NCBI GenBank assembly: GCA_036570125.1 | Contig: DATCPK010000068.1 | Span: forward strand, 1-62,468 | Source of the DNA: Candidatus Limnocylindria bacterium | Lineage (GTDB): Bacteria; Chloroflexota; Limnocylindria; P2-11E | DNA: 62,468 bases | Direction of reading: 5' to 3' | Shown: piece by piece, positions 55,178 through 62,468 of the stretch | Numbering within the stretch: position 1 is the stretch's first letter | Layout of the letters: each line of letters begins with the position of its first letter | Translations under genes and position numbers: made by a program | Notes under the pieces: generated by a model | What the model saw: the letters and a program-made list of their open reading frames with translations, nothing else | What the model was told of the DNA's origin: nothing | Database searches by the model: none

Positions 55178-56860
55178 TTACGGGCGCGGCGACCTGCCGT
55201 GCAGGAATGGGATCTCGAGCGACGGTTTGGGGATCGTGATCGTCGGGAAATCGAACCGCGGCGCCGGCACCGGGACCGCGCCGATCTCCGACGAAGGCGC
55301 GGGCAGTCCGTCGTCCGGGTACGTGCGGGGTCCAGCGATCTCGACCGTCGTCGTCGCCGGCTCGCTCACAGAGACCGTGCCATCGCGCAGCTCGTACGTC
55401 AGCTTGTACGTGCCGAGCATGCTCGGCGCCACGAACGGAACGAAGAAGGTGCCGATCGTGTCCACCTTGAACGTGCCCACTGGGCTGGACCCCTGCTGCA
55501 CGGTCCTACTCATGCGGGGGTCGACGAGGCGCCACCCGATCAACAGCGGACGCTCCGCCGCGCCCGCGAACTCGCCGTAGTTCACGACGAGCAACGACGC
55601 CTCGCCACGGTGAAGCGTGTGCGGCATCGCGATCTCCGCGGTGACGAGGTAGGGCTGATGCGCGCGAAGGGTGAACGTCGCGGTCGCGGCGCCCGCGGGA
55701 GCGAGCGCGGTGCCGGTCGCGTCGGCGAGACCGATCGTCACCGTGTACGTCCCTGGCTGCTGCGGCACGGGGATAGTGATCCCCACGTTCTCCGTTTGAT
55801 TCGGCCGTAGCGCGGGCAGCGGCAGCGGCTTTGGCGCGCTCATGAGGAGTGCACCCTGCGCGTTGGTGAGATCCCAGATGAGACCGACCGCCCCCGCGCC
55901 GTTGGGCGTCCAGGGGCGCGTACCGATGTTCGTGATCGGCACCGTAACGCGGGTGTCGGTGCTCACGTCCACCGCGAGCGCGGTCTTCGAGACTTGGTAG
56001 CGCGCATTCGCGGCGGGCTGCAGGTTCGCGCTGTACACGAGCGAGCCGATCGACGAGATGAAGTTCGCGGCATCTTCGTCGGGGGCGTCCCACGTCATCG
56101 CGACGACGACGCGTGGACCGGTCTTCGTGAAGATGATGCCCGCGTCGTGTGTGACGTTGCTGAGATTGCCGGTCTTGTGCGCGACGACGACGCCCGGCGG
56201 TAGCTGCGCCGGAAGACGGTCGTTGATCTGCTGGCGCTCGAGTCGGGCGAGCATCCGATCGGACGCCGCAGCGGAGATGAGCTGACGCTTCGCGAGCAGC
56301 GTGAAGTACGTGCCGATCGCATGCGGGGTGGCCCAGTTGTCTTCGGTGTCGTCGAGCGCGACGTGGAAGTCCTGGATGCCGGCCTTCTCGAGGGTCGCGT
56401 CGATGTTCGCGCCCCCGAGGATCCGCCAGAGCGCGAGCGCCGAGCCGTTGTCGGAGATCGTGACCATCGCCTCGAGCGCTTCGTCGAGCGTGAGCTCCGT
56501 CCCGGCATCTTCGAACGACCCATCGAGCGTGATGTCCTCAGGCTGGATCGTGATCACGTCGTTGTAATGAAGCTCTCCCGCGTCGACTCTCCGCTCCGTC
56601 TCGGCGAGCACGCCGAGCTTGTACAGGGATGCGGCGATCACCCGCTCGTCGGGGTCGTGGGTGAAGAGCGGTGTGGCCAGGGTCGGGTCGCCGACCCAGA
56701 TCCCGGCGCCGCCCGGGAATGACGAGACCAGGCCGTCCAGCTGCTGAACCAGATCCGAGGTGCTCGCCCGCGAGGGGGCGGCCGTCGAGACGGCCATGAC
56801 GATCGAGGCGACGAGAACGAAACCGACCGTGCGCACCCACAAGAGGTAACGGCCGGCCAT
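55178..56860 (-). CDS. Secreted class-A beta-lactamase-fold serine hydrolase fused to two C-terminal beta-sandwich domains
   Basis: The signal peptide is MAGRYLLWVRTVGFVLVASIVMAVSTAAPSRA (ATG 56860; the track start at 56974 would overlap ybeY). It carries SLYK (SxxK), SDN and KTG motifs. Two ~130-aa Ig-like repeats follow (VTVPITNIGTRPW..., LLVVNYGEF...). Confidence 0.8.
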   Translation of the reverse strand: MAGRYLLWVRTVGFVLVASIVMAVSTAAPSRASTSDLVQQLDGLVSSFPGGAGIWVGDPTLATPLFTHDPDERVIAASLYKLGVLAETERRVDAGELHYNDVITIQPEDITLDGSFEDAGTELTLDEALEAMVTISDNGSALALWRILGGANIDATLEKAGIQDFHVALDDTEDNWATPHAIGTYFTLLAKRQLISAAASDRMLARLERQQINDRLPAQLPPGVVVAHKTGNLSNVTHDAGIIFTKTGPRVVVAMTWDAPDEDAANFISSIGSLVYSANLQPAANARYQVSKTALAVDVSTDTRVTVPITNIGTRPWTPNGAGAVGLIWDLTNAQGALLMSAPKPLPLPALRPNQTENVGITIPVPQQPGTYTVTIGLADATGTALAPAGAATATFTLRAHQPYLVTAEIAMPHTLHRGEASLLVVNYGEFAGAAERPLLIGWRLVDPRMSRTVQQGSSPVGTFKVDTIGTFFVPFVAPSMLGTYKLTYELRDGTVSVSEPATTTVEIAGPRTYPDDGLPAPSSEIGAVPVPAPRFDFPTITIPKPSLEIPFLHGRSPRP

Positions 56861-56870
56861 TGCGTTTGGT

Positions 56871-57350
56871 TCACCGTTTAACGGACTTTTGACGCGTCGC
56901 ATCGTGCCCGAGTCGGACCATTTCCCGGTAGCCAGCCGGTGTCTCGTCCTCGTAACCCAGTAGGTGGAGCACACCGTGGGCCGCCAGGAAAGCGACCTCC
57001 TCCCCGACCGCCCTGCTCCGACGCCGCGCTTGTCTGGACGCTTGCTCCGGGCTGATCAGGATCTCCCCCAGGTCGAAGCGTCCGCCGTTCTCTGCCCTGC
57101 GCCCATTTATGTGTGCGACGGCGCCGGTACCGCGGTCGCGCGGCGGGATCGCCTCTCCGAACGAGAGCACGTCGGTCGTCTTGTCGATCCGACGAAACCG
57201 CTTGTTCAGCGCGCGCATCTCTTCGTCCGAAATGAACGCGACGTCGACCTCGGCATCGCGCGGGACACCGTAGGGTCGGACGGCGTTGCGGATCGCCTGG
57301 CGGATCGGAGCGAGCTCGCATGGCGCCTCGCCGGCGATGGCGATGCGCAT
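56871..57350 (-). CDS. ybeY: rRNA maturation endoribonuclease YbeY
   Basis: It has the metal-binding motif HGVLHLLGYED and is 159 aa. Confidence 0.92.
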   Translation of the reverse strand: MRIAIAGEAPCELAPIRQAIRNAVRPYGVPRDAEVDVAFISDEEMRALNKRFRRIDKTTDVLSFGEAIPPRDRGTGAVAHINGRRAENGGRFDLGEILISPEQASRQARRRSRAVGEEVAFLAAHGVLHLLGYEDETPAGYREMVRLGHDATRQKSVKR

Positions 57351-57354
57351 CGCG

Positions 57355-59454
57355 CTAGCCGCTCGCGGCGGGCTTGATGCGCGTGATGCGGTCCTCGGGG
57401 TACGGGATGCGCTCGTGATACACGCCGAGGAGCAGCTCGCAGAACGCGTCCTTGATGCGCTCGACGTCGCGGAAGGTGAGATCGCATTCGTCGAGCTGAC
57501 CGTCGGCGACGCGCTCGTCGATCATGCGGTCGACCATCGCGCGGATCGTCTCGGGATTCTTCTCGGAGAGCGAGCGGACAGACGCCTCGGTGCCGTCGGC
57601 GAGCATGACGATCCCAGCCTCTTTGCTCTGTGGCCGCGGGCCGGGATAGCGGAACGAACGCTCGTCGGGTGCCTGGCCGCGCTGCTGCGCGATCTGGAAG
57701 AAGTACTTCACGACGCTCGTCCCGTGATGGCCCGGGATCATCTCGCGAATACGCTCCGGCAGGCGGTACCGGTCCGCGAGGGCCAGCCCGTCCTTCACGT
57801 GCGCGGCCACGATGCCCGCGGAGACGAGCGGATCGAGCTCGTCGTGCGGGTTCTGCCCGGTCTGGTTCTCGATGAACGCGGTCGGGTTCCGCATTTTTCC
57901 GATGTCGTGGTAGTACGCGCCCACGCGAGCGACGAGCGGATCGGCGCCGATCACCTCGGCGGCGCGCTCCGCGAGATTTCCGACGAGCAGCGAGTGGTGA
58001 TAGGTGCCGGGCGTCCGAAGCAAGAGCTGCCGCAGGAGCGGATGGTTCGGATCGCCGAGCTCGCGGAGCTCGAAGACCGTGGAGATCCCGAAGACGTGGC
58101 CGAGGATCGCCATTCCGGCGAACGCGAGGAGTCCAGAGCCCAGACCGCTCACCAGCGCGCCCGAGAGCAGCTGCGCCACGCCGAGCGGGTCCGCCGCGCG
58201 ATTCACGAGGACGAACGAGAGGATCACGCCGACGGCCCCGGCCGCCACCGCGACCGCTCCGACCGCGAACTCGCGCGCCGTCGTCGCGCGCCGCACCGCC
58301 GCCATGCCGAGGAGCGCGGGCACGAGGACATACGCGACGAGCTCGACCTGGCTGGACATGATCCCGACGTGCAGCGCACCCGCGATCTGCGTCGCGAGCG
58401 CGGTGCGCCCACCGACGAGGACGGTGAGCATCATCGCGATCGCCGCGAAGGGTGCGAAGTACACCGCGATGGTGTGACCCGGAACGAGCGCGCGGCCCGC
58501 CGCCGTGATCGCCACGAGCGACAGGATGACGAGGATCATCTTGCGGTCTTCGAGCCACGCCTCGGGCGCGTAGCGCTCGAGGAAGAGCGCGAGGACCCCG
58601 GCGATGAGCCCCGCCCAGAGCAGCAGGCCGATCGTGCCACGCCAGTCGTTGCTCTCGTTGGCGAGGCCGAGGGCGCGGAGCTTTTCGACCTCGAGCGTCG
58701 TGATGACCTCATCAGTCCGCACGACGGCTTCGCCTGCCGTCACCTGTACCTGCACGGGGGTGACGCCATTTCGAGCATCCTGCCGCGCGAGGCTCGTCGC
58801 GAGCTCGTCCACTTTCACGTTCACGTCGAGGTTTTGCTTCAGGATCTCGGTGCCCGCGCGCTTCTGCCGCTCCGTCCAGCCCGCGGGTAGCGCCTTGCCG
58901 GCGTCGGCCTTCACCGCGTCGAGCTGCTCGGCGCGGATGCCTTGCGCGTAGAGGGTGCGCAGGGCGCCGTCCAAAGTCGTGCCGAGCTGATCCCACTCGG
59001 GTTGCGTCATGTCGACGATGTCCGTCGCGACCGCGGGCGTGAGCGCGACGTCGGGAAGCCGGATCAGCGCGGCGATCTTCTGGTCGCGCTGCTGCGCGGC
59101 GTCAGCGCGGATCCGAGCGATCGCGGGGACGGCGCTCTGAATGCGCGCGCTGGCGTTCGCGAGGATGGTCGGATCGGTCGCGACCTGCTTCGGTACCGCC
59201 GCTTCGGCCTTGGCTCGCTCGGCCTCCGTCAACGACTCCGATATGAAGGAGACGCTGCGCGGCGCGCGGATCGCGCCCTTCGCCACCTCGCCGACGCTGT
59301 ACGTGACCGTCGCCGGCGGCGCGATGAGCAGCGCGATCGCGGTGAGGATCCCTGCGATGATGACGAACGCCGTCGCCCGCGCGCGCGGGTCGCTGCGCAC
59401 GGCCGCTCGGAACCGCGCGAATCGCGGATCGCTCACTTGAAGTCGGCGGATCAC
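57355..59454 (-). CDS. pgpH: 7TM-HD membrane phosphohydrolase (PgpH/YqfF-like, HDIG domain)
   Basis: It has an N-terminal extracellular region, seven TM helices and an HD domain (HHSLLVGNLAE...YYHDIGK...HHG). Its GTG start overlaps the phoH stop. Confidence 0.85.
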   Translation of the reverse strand: MIRRLQVSDPRFARFRAAVRSDPRARATAFVIIAGILTAIALLIAPPATVTYSVGEVAKGAIRAPRSVSFISESLTEAERAKAEAAVPKQVATDPTILANASARIQSAVPAIARIRADAAQQRDQKIAALIRLPDVALTPAVATDIVDMTQPEWDQLGTTLDGALRTLYAQGIRAEQLDAVKADAGKALPAGWTERQKRAGTEILKQNLDVNVKVDELATSLARQDARNGVTPVQVQVTAGEAVVRTDEVITTLEVEKLRALGLANESNDWRGTIGLLLWAGLIAGVLALFLERYAPEAWLEDRKMILVILSLVAITAAGRALVPGHTIAVYFAPFAAIAMMLTVLVGGRTALATQIAGALHVGIMSSQVELVAYVLVPALLGMAAVRRATTAREFAVGAVAVAAGAVGVILSFVLVNRAADPLGVAQLLSGALVSGLGSGLLAFAGMAILGHVFGISTVFELRELGDPNHPLLRQLLLRTPGTYHHSLLVGNLAERAAEVIGADPLVARVGAYYHDIGKMRNPTAFIENQTGQNPHDELDPLVSAGIVAAHVKDGLALADRYRLPERIREMIPGHHGTSVVKYFFQIAQQRGQAPDERSFRYPGPRPQSKEAGIVMLADGTEASVRSLSEKNPETIRAMVDRMIDERVADGQLDECDLTFRDVERIKDAFCELLLGVYHERIPYPEDRITRIKPAASG

Positions 59455-60422
59455 CTCTGAGCGTTTCCCTTTTCGAAACGATCGTACGCCCGGACGATCC
59501 GGGCCACGAGCTCGTGGCGGATGACGTCGCGGTCGTTGAAGTCGACCATCGCGATGCCCTCGACGTCGCGCAGGATCTCGCGCGCGAGGACCAATCCGCT
59601 CTTGTCGCCGGCGAGGTCGATCTGCGTTACGTCGCCGGTGACGACGGCCTGCGAACCGAACCCAAGACGCGTGAGGAACATCTTCATCTGCGGCGCCGTG
59701 GTGTTCTGCGCCTCGTCCAGGATGATGAACGCCTCGTTAAGACTTCTGCCGCGCATGTACGCCAGCGGCGCCACCTCGATCTCGCCGCGTTCCGTCGCGC
59801 GCGCGAAACGTTCCGGCGGCATGAGCTCATAGAGCGCGTCGTACAACGGCCGCAGGTACGGATCGATTTTCTCCTGCAGGTCGCCCGGCAGAAATCCGAG
59901 TCGCTCCCCCGCTTCGACCGCCGGGCGCGTGAGGATCAGCCGGCTCACTTTGCGATCGCGGAGCGCGGCCACGCCCATCGCAACAGCCAAATAGCTTTTT
60001 CCCGTGCCCGCAGGACCTACCGCGAAGACGAGGTCGTGCTTGCGAATCGCTTCGATGTACGTGCGCTGGTTCTCAGACTGCGGCGAGATCCGTTTGCCGC
60101 GCACGGTCGTCGCGATGACCTCGCGCATCTCGGACGGCGGCGCGACCGGGGCTTCCTTCGCGTCGCCGATCAAGCGCTCCAACGCGGGCTTGCGCAGGGA
60201 CTGATCGCGGCCGGACAGAGTCCGCATCGCGCCAACGAGATCGCCGACGCGCGCGACGGCCGGGGGTTCGCCGCTGATGCGCAGCTCCGCGCCGCGCGAG
60301 ATGATCTTCACGCCGAACTCACGCTCGATGCGGTCGATATTCGCCTCGTTGTCGCCCGCGACGAACATCATCTCGTCGGGGTCAGGGATGAGAATGGTGA
60401 TCTGCGAGCCAGCCGCGGTCAT
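59451..60422 (-). CDS. phoH: PhoH-family ATPase (YbeZ-like)
   Basis: Walker A is GPAGTGKSYLAV, with ILDEAQN and VVTGDVTQIDL. Confidence 0.92.
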   Translation of the reverse strand: MTAAGSQITILIPDPDEMMFVAGDNEANIDRIEREFGVKIISRGAELRISGEPPAVARVGDLVGAMRTLSGRDQSLRKPALERLIGDAKEAPVAPPSEMREVIATTVRGKRISPQSENQRTYIEAIRKHDLVFAVGPAGTGKSYLAVAMGVAALRDRKVSRLILTRPAVEAGERLGFLPGDLQEKIDPYLRPLYDALYELMPPERFARATERGEIEVAPLAYMRGRSLNEAFIILDEAQNTTAPQMKMFLTRLGFGSQAVVTGDVTQIDLAGDKSGLVLAREILRDVEGIAMVDFNDRDVIRHELVARIVRAYDRFEKGNAQR

Positions 60423-60946
60423 GACGCGCGCTCCTTGAGCAGCGCGGCGACGATGCCCGAAACCACCTTGCCGTCGGCACGGCCCTTCGTCTCCGCGACG
60501 ACCTTCGGCATCACGAGCTTCATGTCCTGCGGACTTTTGGCTCCGGTCTCGCCGATGACACGCGCAACGATCTCGCGGATCTTCGCTTCGTCGAGCTGCT
60601 CTGGTAGATACGCGCTGATGAGCGCCAGTTCGTTCTCCTCTTTCTTCACGAGATCGGGCCGTTCACCTTTGCGAAATGCCTCGATCGAATCGCGGCGCAT
60701 CTTCGCCTGCTTCGTGAGCACATCGGTGACCGCAACATCGTCGAGGTCACCGGGTTTGTTCTGCGCGAGCCACGCCTGGCGCGCGGTCTCGTCCTTGCCC
60801 TCGGCAACGAGCTTGTCGACCGCGGCACCAAGCCGCGCCTTCTCCTCGGTCTGTATCGCGGCGAGAAGAAAGCGCACGGTGTCACGACGAAGAGTCTCGC
60901 CCGAACGCATCGCGGCTTTGAGATCGCTCTCGAGCCGCTGTTTCAA
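60419..60946 (-). CDS. yqeY: GatB/YqeY-domain protein
   Basis: It begins MKQRLESDLKAAMRSGETLRRDTVRFLLAAIQTEE and ends ...GKVVSGIVAALL. Confidence 0.85.
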   Translation of the reverse strand: MKQRLESDLKAAMRSGETLRRDTVRFLLAAIQTEEKARLGAAVDKLVAEGKDETARQAWLAQNKPGDLDDVAVTDVLTKQAKMRRDSIEAFRKGERPDLVKKEENELALISAYLPEQLDEAKIREIVARVIGETGAKSPQDMKLVMPKVVAETKGRADGKVVSGIVAALLKERAS

Positions 60947-60973
60947 TTGCGCGCTTATGCGCCTAGCTCCGCG

Positions 60974-61141
60974 TCAGCGCTTGCGGCGCTTCGCTTCCTT
61001 GCGCTTGCGGCGTGCTGCAGGCCTTTCGTAGAACTCGCGGCGGCGGGCCTCCGCGAGGATCCCGGCCTGCTGGATCTTTTTGTTGAATCGGCGAAGCGCT
61101 GCCTCAAAAGACTCGCCTTCACCAATGATCACTTCCGACAA
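60974..61141 (-). CDS. rpsU: 30S ribosomal protein S21
   Basis: Hand translation gives (M)[54 protein letters not shown], 55 aa. The start is TTG 61141 (alternative GTG 61132). It is below the track's length cut-off. Confidence 0.85.
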   Translation of the reverse strand: MSEVIIGEGESFEAALRRFNKKIQQAGILAEARRREFYERPAARRKRKEAKRRKR

Positions 61142-61168
61142 CGGTTACTGGTCACCCCGCCTTCTTTT

Positions 61169-61233
61169 CAAAAGGAAACCGGCCCCGCAGAGGCCGGACA
61201 TTCGAATAATAGAGGGAGTCGGCCTCTGGTAAA
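61169..61233 (-). promoter_or_regulatory. Candidate rpsU promoter plus leader hairpin with U-tract
   Basis: The minus strand reads TTTACC (61233-61228), a 16-nt spacer and TATTAT (61211-61206). Then comes CCGGCC-tctgcgg-GGCCGG followed by TTTCCTTTT (61197-61169). The hairpin could equally be the terminator of the upstream GrpB gene. Confidence 0.35.
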
Positions 61234-61244
61234 GATGCGCATCT

Positions 61245-61805
61245 TTATCGAACGGACCAGCCGGTCTGCGCCGCCCACTCCTCCGCGGCGATGAAGATGA
61301 GGTCGCAGGCCGGGTCCTTCACGTCGGCGTAGAGACCGCGATCGATCCCCAGATCGGCCAGCGCCCGCTTCAGCTTCGCGTAGGCGGCCGCGGACTGCGG
61401 GTGGGCGCGGAGGTAGTCCCGGAAGAGCAGCGCGTACCGCTGGTTGGGCCGGCCCGCGACGCGGATGTGGAGGTTCACGGGGCGGCCCGAGCCTGCCTGG
61501 AAGAAGAGCTTGCGCCAGTCGTCGTCCGGGCCCGTCGCGCCCGGGGGCCGATGGTCGCTCCCGATGTTTTGGTCGACGAATCCCGCGCGTTCGAGCGACG
61601 GTGCGAGTCGACCGCGGTCGAGCGCGGTGACGGTCAGCTGGACGTCGATGACGTCCTTGGCCGGCAGGCCCGGCACCGAGGTCGAGCCGATGTGGTCGAT
61701 GCGGAGAACGAGAGGTCCCAACGCGTCGCGGACCGCCGTGGAGATCGTGCCGAACTCGTTTGACCAGCTCGCCTTGGGCTCGACGATGGTGACCCGCCGA
61801 TCCAC
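61245..61805 (-). CDS. GrpB-family (UPF0157, nucleotidyltransferase-like) protein
   Basis: It shows IDHIGSTSVPGLPAKDVIDVQL...NLHIRV...FRDYLRAHP...YAKLK. Confidence 0.85.
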   Translation of the reverse strand: MDRRVTIVEPKASWSNEFGTISTAVRDALGPLVLRIDHIGSTSVPGLPAKDVIDVQLTVTALDRGRLAPSLERAGFVDQNIGSDHRPPGATGPDDDWRKLFFQAGSGRPVNLHIRVAGRPNQRYALLFRDYLRAHPQSAAAYAKLKRALADLGIDRGLYADVKDPACDLIFIAAEEWAAQTGWSVR

Positions 61806-61824
61806 GTCCGTACTCTACCCATCG

Positions 61825-62468
61825 ATGATCGACGCGGTCGCGGTCGCGGCGTCCTATCTCCTCGCGTCGATCTCGTTCCCCTACTGGATCGCGCGCGCGA
61901 AGGGGATCGACCTTCGCGCCTTCGGCTCGCGAAAGCTCGGCGGCTCCAATCTCGCGAAGGCGATCACGCCGTGGCATGGCGTCGCGGGCGGCGTGCTCGA
62001 TGGAGCAAAAGGCTTCGCCGCAGTCGTCATCACGCGCGCGCTCGACTTGCCGCTCGAGACGCAGCTCCTCTCTGGCCTCGCCGCGATCGCCGGACAGATG
62101 TGGCCGGTCTTCCATCAGTTCGACGGCGGTCGCGCCAATGCCACTGCGTGGGGCTTCCAGCTCGCGGCCGATTTCATCGCTTTCTTCATCGCGTGGATCC
62201 CGGTGATCGTCGCCGCGCTGCTTCGGATCACGGTGCGGCCGCGACCGAAGCGACTGCTGCCGATCGCGAATCTGCTTTCGTACGCGGTGTTTCCCGCGGT
62301 CATCTGGGAGCAGGAAGGCACCACACCGACCGTTCTGGCTGGGATCGCGGCGCTCGTGCTCATCCTTGTGCGACGCCTCACTGCCGGCCTCGGTGAGGAC
62401 CTCGCGACCGGCGCGCCCGCGGCACGCGTGATCCTGAACCGCGCCCTCTTCGATCGGAGCGAGCTCTG
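61825..62468 (+). CDS. PlsY-family (glycerol-3-phosphate acyltransferase-like) membrane protein with divergent motifs; 3' end beyond the window
   Basis: Hand translation from ATG 61825 gives MIDAVAVAASYLLASISFPYWIARAKGIDLRAFGSRKLGGSNLAKAI...LDGAKGFAAVV...AGQMWPVFHQFDGGRANATAWG.... The architecture is PlsY-like, but the canonical GSGNxGATN, GH and GGKG motifs are altered. It is not in the track because it has no stop in the window. Confidence 0.65.
   Translation, partial: MIDAVAVAASYLLASISFPYWIARAKGIDLRAFGSRKLGGSNLAKAITPWHGVAGGVLDGAKGFAAVVITRALDLPLETQLLSGLAAIAGQMWPVFHQFDGGRANATAWGFQLAADFIAFFIAWIPVIVAALLRITVRPRPKRLLPIANLLSYAVFPAVIWEQEGTTPTVLAGIAALVLILVRRLTAGLGEDLATGAPAARVILNRALFDRSEL

Noticed and set aside
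61231-61246. Perfect 16-bp palindrome AAAGATGCGCATCTTT overlapping the GrpB stop codon
   Set aside because: It could be a protein-binding site, and it contributes the -35-like TTTACC of the proposed rpsU promoter. A single palindrome without a partner site or known regulator is not enough to call a feature.
49966-62115. Long off-frame or antisense track ORFs over the housekeeping genes (49966..51333+, 52873..53805-, 57206..58558-, 57286..58890+, 59514..61031+, 61168..62115-)
   Set aside because: Each overlaps a gene with clear family motifs in another frame or strand, and each has the Arg/Pro/Gly-rich shadow composition.

Overview
High-GC (~70%) bacterial chromosomal segment. The left 62% of the window (1-38689, minus strand) is one uninterrupted ORF of at least 12,896 codons. 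Its 3' end runs off the window edge, so the supplied ORF track, which appears to list only stop-closed ORFs, does not show it. The track instead shows dozens of Arg/Gly/Asp-rich shadow ORFs in the other five frames. The predicted protein starts with a hydrophobic signal or anchor segment and a Pro/Ser/Thr linker. Several regimes of Gly/Ala/Thr/Ser/Val-rich beta-helix-like repeats follow: at least 10 tandem ~400-aa modules, then ~65-aa rungs and ~90-aa units. Nested in loops of these repeats are an Asp-box (BNR) beta-propeller, three CBM5/12-like units and two clusters of an unassigned Cys-loop motif. RTX-like GGxGxD motifs and beta-sandwich modules lead toward the missing C-terminus. I read it as a giant surface fibre or adhesin with carbohydrate-binding parts, but I cannot assign the repeat family and the function is inference. 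The right 24 kb looks ordinary: an APH-like kinase, an ArsR + SRPBCC pair, amt (no glnK) with a trailing 37-codon micro-ORF, and a TPP riboswitch-thiN-ykoEDC thiamine salvage operon. It also holds GntR + an ABC-2 exporter, a degraded AbiE-like toxin-antitoxin islet, a GAF-GAF histidine kinase with an OmpR regulator, a second ABC-2 exporter and a class-A beta-lactamase-fold fusion protein. The window ends with the rpsU-yqeY-phoH-pgpH-ybeY string, GrpB and a partial PlsY-family gene. I recognised no rRNA, tRNA, CRISPR array, transposase or integrase. All protein-family calls come from motif recognition by eye; no searches were run.
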